DNA from: the human T2T-CHM13v2.0 reference genome, Homo sapiens
Assembly (NCBI RefSeq): GCF_009914755.1
Contig: NC_060942.1
Length of the DNA: 64,000 nucleotides
Reading direction: 5' to 3' (one strand)
The notes beneath the pieces were generated by a model, which saw only the letters and a program-made list of their open reading frames with translations, did no database searches and had not been told where the DNA came from. Position 1 is the first letter of the stretch; each line of letters opens with the position of its first letter. Shown one piece after another: positions 40,132 to 53,701 of this stretch. Position numbers and translations under genes: made by a program.

Positions 40132-40308
40132 GGGAGGGGGAAGTGAGAGTTGTTCAAGGGGTATAGAGTGTCAGTTTTGCAAGATGAAAAAGTTCTAGAG
40201 ATAAGTTGCCCAACAAGGTACATGTAGTTAACACTACTGTAATGTACACTTCAAAAAGGTTAAAATAGTAAGTTTTCTGTTTTGTGTCTTTTACCACCAT
40301 AAAAAAAG
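40132..40308 (+). mobile_element. L1MB 3' end
   Basis: tcagttttgcaagatgaaaaagttctagagat...gttaacactactgtaatgtacactt...ttttaccac. Confidence 0.85.
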
Positions 40309-40904
40309 AAGTTGACTCGCAAGCATCTTCTGGCATGTTCCAGAATGAGCAGAATATGTAACCTGCATTTGAAAAGAAGGAAATTTGGTGGGAAAGAGTA
40401 AGAGAGTAGAAGCATGGGTCATTTTCCACCCAGAAGAAAACTTCCATGGAGGGACCTAGGCAGCCAGCAGACCATAGCAGGGTACTGGGTGTGTTGGGGA
40501 TGAGAAAGTGGAGAGGATGGAAAGGAAATTGAAGGAGAGTGGCTAAGAAATGGTGGGGGTGAATAGATCAGGGCATCTGTCACCCTGTTGATCCAATTGA
40601 CCTATCTGAGTATGTCTTTACCAAGGCTGTAAAGACTAATTTTCTAATGTTGGAACATCAGTCTTTGATGAAAGATAAAGGAATAGCAATCCCCTGCTTG
40701 GACTTCCAAATAAGCTCTCAAGCCCATTTGTTGGAATCCATAGAAGCCACTCACATTTTTGCTTTTATAAGTGCCTACTCTGGTTTTTTGTACACATTAG
40801 CTCACTTAATTTAAAAAACACTATTATCATTATTATTATTATTTGCATATGTAGGTAAGGAAACAATATCAGAGATATTAGAAAAATCTCTTCAATATCA
40901 CTCA

Positions 40905-41237
<333 letters not shown>

Positions 41238-41475
41238 ACAGAGCTGAAAATTAAGTCTAAGTATGTTTGGCAGAAGGCCACAGCTGATTCCATTAATAGA
41301 CAAATATATTATCATTTGCTGAGAAACATTTGTTGAGTACCTACAATCACAAAGTATGATAAAAAGAAGCTTGTCTTGTAGAAAAAACAAAGAGATATAA
41401 ATCTAGCTGGGAAGATAAACCATACACCCATAAGAAGATTGGTGCCACAAATTCAAACCAAGAATTGCTCATGGC

Positions 41476-41990
41476 TGTATCTATTATTTATTGGCACAAT
41501 AGGCTGCCGAACAAACCACCACAAAATGCAGTGGCTTAAGACAATCAGCATGCAATAGCTTCCAATTGTGCTGAGCAGTGATTTAGACTGGTCCCAGCTG
41601 GACTAACAACCCATGCCTAGCAGTAGGCCGAAGTCCAGCTGTTCTAGGATGGCCTCTCCTGGAATGGCTGGGACAGCCTGGCCCCTCTTCATTCCATCCT
41701 CCAATCTTTCTCATAGGGGGTAGGGAAAGGAGAGAATCAATACAGAAAATGAAAACACATACATGCTTTTTCAGGCCTCTATATGTCCCATTTGCTGATG
41801 CCAGTCATGTGACTGAACTAGGATGGAAGAGAGGGCAATGAGCTCTAGCTCTGTAGTAAAAAAAAAAAAAAAGAAAAAGAAAAAGAAAAAGAAAAAGAAA
41901 AGAAAGAAAGGAAAAAAAAACTGCAAGTCACGTGGCAAAGAGCAGAGACCCAGGGAGGATGAAGAATTGAGGTCAGCAGTGCCATCCAAG
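41476..41990 (-). mobile_element. MLT1H-type MaLR LTR with an internal A-rich (GAAAAA)n tract at 41858-41920
   Basis: aacaaaccaccacaaaatgcagtggcttaagacaa...tctaggatggcctc...ctgcaagtcacgtggcaaag...gatgaagaattgagg. Confidence 0.75.
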
Positions 41991-42077
41991 TCCCGCAAGA
42001 GCCAATGGTGGCTGTAACAGAAGGTCTGAGTGCAGTGGGCAGGGTGCTCTTCTGAGCATCTCACATAGTCTTTAAAT

Positions 42078-42220
42078 AATTCTCAAAGCTTTTCTACGTG
42101 ACAGTGATTACTATCCCCATTTTATAGATGAGGGAACCGAAGTACACAGAGGTTGACCATGTAGCCTCTGTCTGTAAATGGCAGAGCCTAATTTAAACAC
42201 TGTCATGTCTGACTCCAATG
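42078..42220 (-). mobile_element. MIR
   Basis: tatccccattttatagatgagggaaccgaagtacacagaggtt...gtaaatggcagagcc...gtctgactcca. Confidence 0.8.
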
Positions 42221-42969
42221 ACTTTTTGTTTCAACTTGGACTTCAGAGAAAATTATTTTAAATAATGTTAAAAGGGATGATTTAAAATTTAAAATCTAGT
42301 TTGAAAAACATGACATTTTATCAAAATTCCAATCATAAGCTCTATAGTTTCTAAAAAGATATTTTATAGCAATTCTTTAATAATATTTGACAAATGAGTC
42401 AAGCCATTGAACACTTATATTAGATATAAGCACATTACCTTATTTGCAAAACTCTTCAGTAGGATTCACAAAAATTATGGTAAACCTAAATTAACACCAA
42501 TTGTCTTCTGGCCTGGACACTAGGGAATATTTGAGTGTTACATGCTAAACAAGTGACAAAAAGCACCTGAGAGAATGTGCTACCTAGTATGCTTTTACAT
42601 GTACAAATTCAAGAAAGTATTATAATGTATCTTTTAAAATGAAATTAAAGCTTCTTAAGTGGTCAGAACACCATTGCACTGAATTTAGAAAACCATAAGC
42701 AGGACAGTCACAAGCTATGCCATTTGCCAACATGGTCCATTACATTTTGTTCATTACTGCAGTGCATTTACCACGAAGAGCAATAAATCATTGAGAGCTA
42801 TGGAAAATCTGGCCTCTGAAACAGATGCAGTGGCAAGATTCAGCACAAGACTTGATCAAGATAATCCCCACACAATTAAGAAACTGTAGCTCACTTTTGG
42901 CAACAGTACACTTCAATTTCCTTTCCACCTTTTTGTTTCTCATAGCTCCTCACTGTGATACTATCACTT

Positions 42970-43885
42970 AGTTTGTGTTATATTCCTCTGGTCTACCTAG
43001 CAACAGGCGAGGGAGGTGGGAAGAGAGGAAAATCCCAAGAGTCATGCATTACTTGCCTTGTAGGGAGGGCAAAAGCAAGGAAGGGGGTGGAAGGATTTTC
43101 AAGAAAGAGATTCTAACACTGGTTCCCTGCTTGGTCATCAGCTTAGGCAACAGGCTTGTTACTATGCCCTGCACTTTAAATAGCAAGATAGAGATAGGTC
43201 TGCAGCAGAGCAGCAAGCCCTTGCCAGATTTAGCCAAACAAGGATGGTGACTGTGCCATGGGCAAAGTAGACACTTCAGATGCTAATCAGCTTGAGCAAT
43301 CTTGTCAGTACCCACCCTAGAGAGCTGTTCATCAGGACAAGACCTCACTGAAAGAGCCTTCAGCAAAGACCACCCACCTTGAGAACTAAACACGCTGACT
43401 GTGCATAGCAAGGAACAGTCTGCAGGTGGATCTCACAAAATCCCACTAAATCCTCCTAGGGATTCACACATTTGCCCCAAAGGGGCCAGCATTTGGACAC
43501 CTGCTACAGAGAGAGCATTGAACAGCAACACCCAACACTGGATTGCAATTCCATACCCAGTTAAGTTAAAAATATGTATCAGTTTTTCTCCTACCATACC
43601 CAACCCCAGAAAATCTAGAGGCACAGTAGAGGGAAGAGAGAGAAAGCATGGAACAGCAGACTATGTTCTTTCCCCATTCCAAGCCCTTCACAGCCAGGCC
43701 TGGCCCATGCTAGGAGGAGGGGAGACGATAACCTACATTAAGACTGACATTTTAAATTGGCCTAGGCTCGACTGGAGTTGCTAATAACTGAATGTGACTG
43801 GAAAGCCATGGGATAAACCTGAGATGTTATGGAGAAATAGAAAAAAGAGATTCAGCAGAGTGTGGTAGAAGGCAATGATTGGAGA
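42970..43885 (+). mobile_element. Possible ancient LTR (MamGypLTR-like)
   Basis: aatgtgactggaaagccatgggataaacctgagatgttat resembles the MamGypLTR 3' region; recalled similarity only. Confidence 0.35.
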
Positions 43886-45317
43886 AAAATAACACGATTC
43901 CTAAATCAGACTCTCCATAAGTCTGTGACTCTTTATCTAGGTCTAAATTTTCTCCTTTGAAAATTGGAATCCTTCCAGTTTTAACATTCCCTAAGAGCCA
44001 AGCTCTTTACCTACATGACTGGATTTTTTATGTGACAACTGAATTCTAATTCTAATACAGTTCTAATGCTGTACACAGCGTGTAAAATTGCCACATTCCA
44101 TCTTCAATTTCAGGTTCTGCTACAGTAAACAAAACCACCAAAATTAGTATTCAAAACCATCAGAAATGAGTAATGAACATTCACCAGTGTTGACATCATC
44201 ATCATGGACCTCGCCCCCTTGGAGTGGGAGACATTAGTCCAGGTGTCAAAACATGATTAGCTTTAGTTCTGCTTCAGAATAAATTTTCTTAGTTTCTCTA
44301 GCTCTTCAACCCAATATATGCAGTCAGGCTTCTGACAGTTGTTTAACAGATGTAGTGAAAGTTCACAATGTTATGTTACACAGTAATAATGCTTCTTGAG
44401 TTTTTCTTTTGGGGGTGATTTCAATTTTTCATAGAAGGCAGTAATGAACCATTGGTCTCCCCTTAATAATTAACAAATCACTTGATCATTTCCCTTAGGA
44501 CTATTTCTGCCTTTATTAAACAGTGACAGCAGAAACTTTGTTCTGAGTTCTAATGGGATCCTTTCGCTGGTAAGAGTGTACAGCTTTTTCGTAAAAGTCA
44601 AGCAAATTTACCAATGAATCAAGAACATATATTCATATTTGTGATTAAAAGGAATTCTATATAAAATTATTTTATGAAGTAAGCCATCTCTGGTTTATTT
44701 TCTTTCCTGTAAATTCTATTTCCTATTTATTAGACTGGCAAAAAAATTAAGTTCAGCTGACATTTTAAATGTTTTGTTATTATAGGTGGAGCTAAGAAAT
44801 ACCAGCACCTCCACTGCAGAAGGGATTGTTCTGGAAGCAGGCATCTCCCCTGGGCTCTGGGGCAGATGGAACAGAGCACACTGAGAGGATGAGCCTGGAT
44901 TGTATTTGTTTCCCCAGGCCTGCAACCTAAGGACTGATAAGGAGCTCATGGTAGTTTGGTAGGCAGAGGCCTTTGTTAGCAGACCCGCCTGTGAGCAAAC
45001 GGTAATTGAAAGGGATGGCCTTATGGTGTAGGACCATTGAAGGGGATGGCCTCATGGCACAAGTGACCTAATAGATCAGCCTTATATACAGGGGAGGTAT
45101 CAGAGCACTGGGAATCATGTCAAGGGGGATCCCATAGAATATGGGGATAAATGGGCCATTGTTTTTACTCAGCTATTGGCAGGTTGTCTATTATATAGTG
45201 TAAAACAATCCAGCTTATAGGATGATCTAAGTTTTCCTTCTCTAAAATTCAAATCTAAATAATACTTGTTATATAAGTGGACCCTGGTTTAATTTCTACC
45301 ATTTAAGCAGGTGATAA

Positions 45318-45512
<195 letters not shown>

Positions 45513-45608
45513 TAAACTCTGGGCCCAAATGCTTATATAATAGTAACTGTGAAAGAAAATATCTGCTTCTCACCTACTGCCGCTGCTGAGAACTGGGCTC
45601 ACAGGGGC

Positions 45609-46045
45609 TGGTGTGGCTTGAATGTGTCCCGCAAAAGTTCATGTGTTGGAAGTTTAACCTTCAACACAACAGTGTTGGAAGGTGGGGCCTAATGAGGACA
45701 GAGCCCTCATAAATGGATTAATGTCATTCATTATCATGGAAATGGGTTAGTTATTGATAGAGTGGGTTGTTTTAAAGCACGTCTGTTTCTTCCAATTTTT
45801 CTAAAATATCAAAATTTTATATATTAGAAAAGCATGTCCAGCCCCTGGTGTCTCTCTTTTTGGCATGTGCTCACTTGTTGTCTCACTTTCCACCATTTGA
45901 TGACACTGTCCAAAGGCCTTCGCCATATACCAGCCCCTTGATTTTGGACTTTCCTTCCTCCAGAAACATGAGCTAAATAAATTTCTGTTTCTTATAAATT
46001 ACCCAGACTGTGGTATTCTGTTATAGCAACAAACAGACTAAGACA
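45609..46045 (+). mobile_element. MSTC/D-type MaLR solo LTR
   Basis: gaatgtgtccc..aaaagttcatgtgttggaa...ataaattacccagactgtggtattctgttatagcaac...gactaagaca; TSD ggggc/gaggc. Confidence 0.88.
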
Positions 46046-46452
46046 GAGGCTTAACCCCAGCACTCTCAGGGAAGAATTATCTTAACCATCAAAGGTCAAC
46101 ATAATTAAGAAATCTATATGGGTCAGTGAGTTACAAGCAAATTCCAAACATATAACTATGATAGATAAAATACTCAAAAAATGACATAAGCATGGTTCTA
46201 TGTTCCTTATTGAAGAAGAGATCAGGCAGAGTAGGGGTTTAAAAAGCATTCCAATCCATACATTACTTGCCACTTAGTGCTATAAGCTCAAAGGATATAT
46301 TTTCATTCGATACCAGAGGATGTCAGCTCAAGGTTCTCCTCTGAATTTTTCTTTTTTTGAGCATCCCTAAGTCACACTCAAGAGACACCAGACAAGTATT
46401 AGCACATCATTTAGACCACGATATTCAAGTGCTACTTTTCAATTAGCATAAG

Positions 46453-46883
46453 TCTATTAGACCATCCTCACATTGCTATAAAGAAATTGCTATAAAGAAA
46501 TACCTAAGACTGGATAATTTATCATTAAAAGAGGTTTAATTGGCTCACAGTTCTGCAGGCTGTACAAGAAGCATGATGCTGGCATCTGCTCAGCTTCTGG
46601 GGAGGTCTCAGGAAACTTACAATCATGGTGGAAGGCAAAGAGGAAGCAGACCCATCTTACATGGCCGGAGCAGGAGGGACAGAGAGCAAGCAGGGAGGTG
46701 CTGCATACTTTTAAACAGCTTAACAACTCACTATCACAAGAGCAGCACCAAGGGGATGGTGCTAACCCATTCATGAGAACTCAACCCCCATGATCCAATC
46801 ACTTCCCACCAGGTCTCACCTCCCTCACTGGGAATTACAATTCAACATGAGATTTGTTGGGGACACAGATCCAAACCATATCA
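46453..46883 (-). mobile_element. MSTA/B-type MaLR solo LTR
   Basis: attgctataaagaaatacctaagactgg...ggacacagatccaaaccatatca; TSD ataag/gtaag; perfect 14-bp tandem duplication at 46472-46499. Confidence 0.92.
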
Positions 46884-47130
46884 GTAAGTCAGTCTAAGCA
46901 GTTGGGAATCAGGGAGACAGACAAGCAGAAAGAAAGGACACTGTGAAGCCAGAGAAGACCAAAGGGATACTGTTCTTGTAAAGGCTATCTTTTAAATGAG
47001 CAAAGGCACCAGCAGAGATTCTAAAAATCATTGTAGCTACCGATGTTCATTAACGGCAAATTATTGTTTCTGGGACTCTGCTAATAGATCACTAAGGCAG
47101 TAGCCCTCACTTAGAGATTACGGTTTTGCT

Positions 47131-47218
47131 CTGGCCTCAACCTTCTGACCTCAGGTGATCCACCCACCTTGGCCTCCCAAAGTGCTAGGATTATAGGCAT
47201 GAGCCACAGTGCCTGGCC
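47131..47218 (-). mobile_element. 3'-truncated tailless Alu (5' ~88 nt only) with TSD
   Basis: ctgacctcaggtgatccacccaccttggcctcccaaagtgct...cctggcc; flanked by tac(gg/ca)ttttgctctg. Confidence 0.88.
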
Positions 47219-48213
47219 TACCATTTTGCTCTGAATGAAGCAACAACCTCATCAGATGGCCCTCCACCTACCCTGTTTGAGCGATGTGATTCTTGCCTGT
47301 CTGGAGTGGTGATGGTTGGGCCTGCCCCAAAGACAAGGGACCAGTCAGCCTCATGGGCTCTCTCACCACCTTAGACTGCTTCCATTGCTATGACCATCCA
47401 TCTCTACCAAAACATGTGCTCTCTGTGTTATTTAAAATTAATTTTTCAAAGCTTTTCATTGATTTTTCAAAGTGAAACACAAAGAATAAGCAGTAAACCC
47501 ATCGTTTATTATTGGCAAAGCATATTTAAACTGTCATATCCAATTTCGGTGAAAGCTGCACTTTAGTGGTGTTTGGTATGAGTGCAAACAAAATACAATG
47601 ACATTTTAGAGCGGAGGGAACATCCTCATTTTACAGATGAGAAAGCCACTATCCACAGGGTAAAGGAGCTCAGGCAAGGAGTGTGGTACAGAACTAGAAA
47701 TGAAACTTTGGTTTATGCTCCACTTACCCACAAGCCTCTGACACCATTACAGGCTGGCTCCACCTGTTCTCAGGTTAGGCCCACCACCTGCTAGTGGAGA
47801 TGTTGCTCAGCCTCTTAAGCAACTCCACGTACCCTGAAGCGCATGCTGAGAGCCACAGACTAGGGTCGCTCTCTCTCTCTCCATTTCACTTAGTCATGTT
47901 TCCTTAAGACTATAGATGAGCCTCTGAGCTGAGAGTTTCAAGAAGGGGCATCCTTGATCTCAGCCCTCACACCTCATCTGGCCTCACCAGATTTTTCACA
48001 ACTTTGTGATTTAGCAGTAGCATCATGTATTATTATTTTATTATATTTTCTCTTGACTCTGAAACTCAATGAATATGAATACTCCTCCTATTAGGGCTCA
48101 TATTCCATAATGGCAGTATTTCTGCAGGCTGCCTCAAGTAACACTCCTCCCAGACTGACCCTATTTCACTTTGTCTGCCTGATTGTCCTGGTGTAACAGT
48201 TGGCATTGGCACT

Positions 48214-48831
48214 TGCCACCATCTAAATGTTTGTGTCCTCCCAAAATTCTCAGAGCCCTCATGAATGGGATTAATGTGCTTATAAAAGAGACCCAAGAGA
48301 GCTCTCCCTTTCTACCCCCTTTTTTTTTTGTGAGTCAGAGTCTCACTCTGTTATCCAGGCTGAAGAGCAGTGGTGCAATCTCAGCTCACTGCAACCTCCA
48401 CCTCCCAAGTTCAAGTGATTCTCATGCCTCAGTCTCCTGAGTAGCTGGGATTACAGGTGTGCACCACAACGCCCAACTAACTTTTATATTTTTAATAGAG
48501 ATGGGGTTTCTACTAATCTATAGCACCATGTTATCCAGGCTGCTCTGGAACTCCTGGCCTAAAGCAATCCACCCACCTTGGCCTCTCAAAGTTCTGGGAT
48601 TACAGGCAGGAGCCACTGTGCCTGGCCTCCCTTGCCCTTTCTACCATGTGAAGACACAGCAAAAAGACAATGGTTCATGAACCAGAAAGCAGGCCCTTAC
48701 CAGACACAGCATCTTCTGGATTCTTGATCTTGGACTTCCCAGACTCTGGGACCATGAAAAATAAATTTCTGTTGTTTATAAGCCACCCAATCTATAGCAT
48801 TTTGTTATAGTAGACCAAATGGAGTAAGACA
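48214..48831 (+). mobile_element. MLT1A0-type MaLR LTR split by an Alu
   Basis: aatgtttgtgtcctcccaaaattc...gagccctcatgaatgggatta...cttgatcttggacttccca...aataaatttctgttgtttataagccaccca. Confidence 0.88.
48320..48627 (-). mobile_element. Alu (Sz/Jb-like), full length
   Basis: Poly-T followed by an antisense dimeric Alu ending cctggcc. Confidence 0.93.
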
Positions 48832-49387
48832 GTACCCTACCCAGATCATCTGGGCTGATATACCCATTCCAGCTGCTTGGAGAATTGGAAATTGCCCACT
48901 TCTCCAGATAATTGCCTATGATCAGGAGCCACCTCACCCAGGAGGAGAAGGGGAAAGGAGAGGGAGACAGCCCAAAGCCAATGACTGATTGAATGAGCAC
49001 ACAAGGCCAGTTGTTTACCTGAAGGAGAGACAGCAGTGGTGTGTGTTTGATTTATTTTCTTGACCCTTTCTTCTCCCATGGACCATGCCAAGACTAGACT
49101 TTCCCTGAGACCACACCCTCACTCAGTTCCTTCCCCTTCCTCTCCTGCTCTCCTCACTCTCTTACAGGTTTTCCTGAAGGTTCTCCCTCACTTGCAGCCA
49201 AATCTTGCATTTTGCATCTAGAGAACTCTACATAAGATATCTGGCCTTGGAGGTTAGCTGCGGCCACTCATTGAAGACACTAGCTGCTGTCAGGGTCAAC
49301 ACCTCGACCTACAGAGCCTTGGAGGGATTTTAATTCAAATTCAAATTCTGGGATTTATTAGCTGCTTGAAATTGGTCACATTATTTA

Positions 49388-49837
<450 letters not shown>

Positions 49838-49844
49838 TCAACGT

Positions 49845-50080
49845 TAGTAATAGTAGTAGCTAATGTTCCTTGGGCATCTACTATGTTCCAAGATCTGCAT
49901 TAAGCATGTTACATTCGTTATTGGATTTAATCCTCACATCAGCCCCTTGAGGTAGGTTCTACTATTACTCCCACTTTAAAGTCAAAGAGACTGAGACTAT
50001 AACTTGACTAAAGTCTCATATTTAGTAAGTGGTAGAGCTCAGATGTGAAGCCAGGCAGTTGGTGCTGCATTTTGTGCTCA
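49845..50080 (-). mobile_element. MIRb
   Basis: tagctaatgtt..tgggcatctactatgttcca...tttaatcctcaca...ttgaggtagg...tagtaagtggtagagct. Confidence 0.85.
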
Positions 50081-51497
50081 GTAGCATTACATCTGCTTTC
50101 TCAGAGCCACATCTTCCCTCTTACTTTCATTCTAAGCCCCTAAACTCTTGCTTCCCTTAAGATGCCCACTTATTTGTAGCACTTGACAATTAAACGCCCA
50201 CATGCTCTTGGTCTCTATCTCCCAACAGAACTTACCCCTGGGTTCTAACCCCTATGTCCCATTCTGCATTAGTTGACCCTAATGATCCCAAGCTTGCACA
50301 GGTATCACATGACTGAAGACAATGATTGTATGTGCACAGATAACCTTTGTGTTTTAAACTTGTCCTTCAATGACATCTCCCCAAGAAGTGCATATACTGT
50401 CATAATTTCAGGCATTTTGGTGGGTCAGTAGAAAAAATACATATTTGTTGCCAGGGTGTTTATTCCCAATATTTCACAAATCCTTTCACATTGGTGATTA
50501 CCACTTTCTCTCTGCAAAACATTCCTAACCAAACCTCTGTCTCAGAGGGATTACACACCTGAACACTGGAGGATCAATTTTCCATTAGCTCAGCTGGACA
50601 TCTCTCTTTCAGTGATCCCTGCCATCATAAACATATGTATTCCTCTCTTTTAAGGCAGAAAACATGTTTTTATTTCTGAAAAGCACCAGGGTCAGTTTTA
50701 GCATCTTCCTTACAAATAGGGGAAAAGAGAGAGAAAGAAAAATGGAAAACAAAAATGAGCTAATATCCTCTCTTTTCTAATATGTCGCATTTTATTTTAG
50801 TTCACTTGTGCAAGTATCTAGATTATGCTTAAACAGCAAAGCTTTCTTCTTTTGCAGCCCCTTGCAGACATTTGCATTAGGTAGAGAAAAGAAAGGTTAA
50901 GAAAAAGTTCCTCTGAACAAATGAGCCTTTAGATGGGAACTTTCATTAGGCATACAGTTCGTTGAATCTAATCAGAGAGATTCCAAGGAGGGTCACACTT
51001 GACCTCAGCCCTCTTCCGCTGGGGTAGATAGTAGGTGTTCAGCTTGGCCCTCGATTTCTGAATGTCAATTAGAGAGGAAATGTCCATAGGACATGCTCAC
51101 ATGGATTATGCATAATGAAATTGGGACTTTAAATCTGTTTTTTTTTCTTTCTTATCCCCACAGGGAACCCAGCAAGTTCCTTAATAATCAGAAAATATGC
51201 TTCGCAATTCAAAAAAGTACTACAGGTTCACATTTCTGATATAATGGCTAAAAATCACAGCAAATAAGCCAGAAAACAAGGCTTACAAAGTGAAACAAAA
51301 GAAATCAGATAACAAAAGTTAATCACCTTAGATCGCTAACTAAAAAAGAAAAAGCACAGTAGCCTTACACAACAGTATATATAGTTCATGTTGGTTAAAA
51401 AAATACACATATATATACACATGCATTTTTTAAAAGATCTAGAAAAATATTCAATAAAGTGTTGCCAGTGATTATCTCTGAGTGGCAGGAAACTATT

Positions 51498-51966
51498 TGT
51501 TATGGTTTGAACTATGTCTCCCAAAAAGATATGTTGAAATTCTAATCCCTAGTACCTCGGAATGTCACCTTATTGAAAACAGGTTCAATGCACATGTGAT
51601 TAGCTAAGATGAGGTCACACTGGAATCGTCCCTTAAGCCAAGATGAATGCTATCCTTATAAGAAGAGGAGGAAGTCATTCAGGGGAAGGGACCATATGAT
51701 GGCAGACACACAAGGAGAGGGCCACGTGCTGACAGGCAGGGATTGGGGTGATGCAGCTGCCAGCCAAGGAACTCCAAGTCTTGTTGGCCCCAGGAGAATC
51801 TAGAAAGAGGCAAGGAAGGATTCTCCCTTGCATGTTCCAGAGAGCTACCCTGTCGAGGCCTCAGTGTGGGATTCCTGGCCTCCAGGCTGTGAGAAAAGAG
51901 ATGTCTGTGGTTTTAAGCCACCCAGTTTGTAGCACTTTGTTATGGAAATCCTGATAAAAGAATACA
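51498..51966 (+). mobile_element. MLT1C-type MaLR solo LTR (in an L1ME 3' fragment)
   Basis: tgttatggtttgaactatgtctcccaaaaagatatgttgaa...taagatgaggtca...gaggcaaggaaggattctccct...gttttaagccacccagtttgt. Confidence 0.88.
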
Positions 51967-52236
51967 ATCATTATTTTCAAAATTTTGCTTGTCTGTAAGT
52001 TTCTACTGTCAACGCACATATACTAATTTTGCGTATATGCTAATGCATATATAGTAATTTTGTAATTTTGAAAAGGTCATTAGAATAAAAAAGAAAGAAG
52101 AGAGGGAAAGAAGGAAAGAAAAAAGAATGAAGAAAGGAAGAAAAGATGGTGAGAATAAATTCTCTTATTGTTAAGTGAACCACTTTAGATGATCCCACAG
52201 GAGGTATTTAATAAAGGAATAATAAAAATCTCATCT

Positions 52237-52525
<289 letters not shown>

Positions 52526-52733
52526 TCACAGCTGACAGGAGCCCTGAGATGCCAGCAGCACAGTTCCTGGGGGCCTCTCTCTATATCCCTTGGTCACTCC
52601 ATTTGCTGATAAGTAACTATTGTCATACCATCTGCTAAGTTCCTCCAAATACTAGCAAAGTGCCCCTCTGCTGCTGCTCCTAAGCCCTCTCCATTTCACT
52701 TCTCAGTACTGTCACCCCAGAGCCCTGCTCTCT

Positions 52734-52957
52734 GCATTGGATTCTCATGAGGAGCGTGCAACCTAGATCCCCTGCATGCACAGTTCACAATAGGGTTCAC
52801 ACTCCTACGAGAATCTAAAGCCACTGCTGATCTGACAGGAGACAGAGCTCAGGCGGTAATGCTCGCTTGCCCACCAGTCACCTCCTGCTGTGTGGCCCAG
52901 TCCCTAACAGGTCACAGACTGATACTGGTCTGCCAGCCCCGGGGTTAGGGAGCCCTG
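52734..52957 (+). mobile_element. MER1B fragment (hAT-Charlie)
   Basis: gattctcatgaggagcg...cagttcacaatagggttc...gagaatcta..gccactgctgatctgacagga...ggggttagggagccctg. Confidence 0.88.
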
Positions 52958-53058
52958 TATTAGTGGTTTGTAAGTGACTCAATATGGAGAGTCTTGCTGG
53001 AGTCAGGGGAGAGGGTACTGGGGGGCGTGGAATGAAGCCTCTCACCAGATTTGAAGGA

Positions 53059-53637
53059 TGTGGTGGTTAATATTAGGTGTCAACTTGACTGGGCAGAGGG
53101 ATGCCTAGATGGCAGAGGAAGCATTGTTCCTGGGTTTGTCTGTGAGGCTGTCACCAGAGGAGATTGACATTTGATTGGGTGGACTGGGAGAGGAACCCCA
53201 CCCTCAGTGTGGGTGTGCACCATCTAACTGGCTGCCAGTGTGGCTGGGAGAAGGAAGCAGAAGAAGGGGGACAAGCAGCCTGCAGAGTCCGCTCCTGCTT
53301 TTTCTCCCACTGCTGGACGCTTCGCTTCCTCTCTTCCTGCCTTGTACCTCAGACTCCAGGTTCTTCTGCCTTTGGACTTGGGGACTTGTACTGGTGGCTT
53401 CCCTGGGGTTCTTGGGCCTTTGGCCTCAGACTGAGGGCTGCACTGTTAGTTTCCCTGGTTTTGAGGTTTTCACACTCAGACTGAGCCACTACTGGCTTCT
53501 CTCTCTCCTCAGCTTGCAGATGGCCCATCATGGAACTTCATCTTATAACCACATGAGCCAGTTGTCTATGATAAACTCCCTTTCATATTCACATACATTT
53601 TATTGGTCAGTCCCTCTGGAGAACCCTGGCTAATACA
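53059..53637 (+). mobile_element. MLT2B (ERVL) solo LTR
   Basis: tgtggtggttaatattaggtgtcaacttgactgg...ccctctggagaaccctggctaataca; gaagg on both flanks. Confidence 0.92.
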
Positions 53638-53701
53638 GAAGGGCTGTGGGCTAGGGAAGGAGCTAAATCCTCCTGATTGCTTAAGTCTGGATTAATTAAT
53701 T

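Larger units (their letters stand above)
48192..49240 (+). mobile_element. LTR16-type (ERVL) LTR interrupted by MLT1A0 and Alu
   Basis: cagcccaaagccaatgactga...gactagactttccctgagaccaca...ccttccccttcc...ctcactctcttacaggttttcctga. Confidence 0.7.

Noticed and set aside
41771-42064. Poly-Lys and poly-Phe ORFs
   Set aside because: Translation of an A-rich simple repeat within an MLT1 LTR.
45005-45057. 22-bp direct repeat with a 31-bp period, and the 14-bp tandem duplication at 46472-46499
   Set aside because: Two-copy slippage duplications with no array structure.
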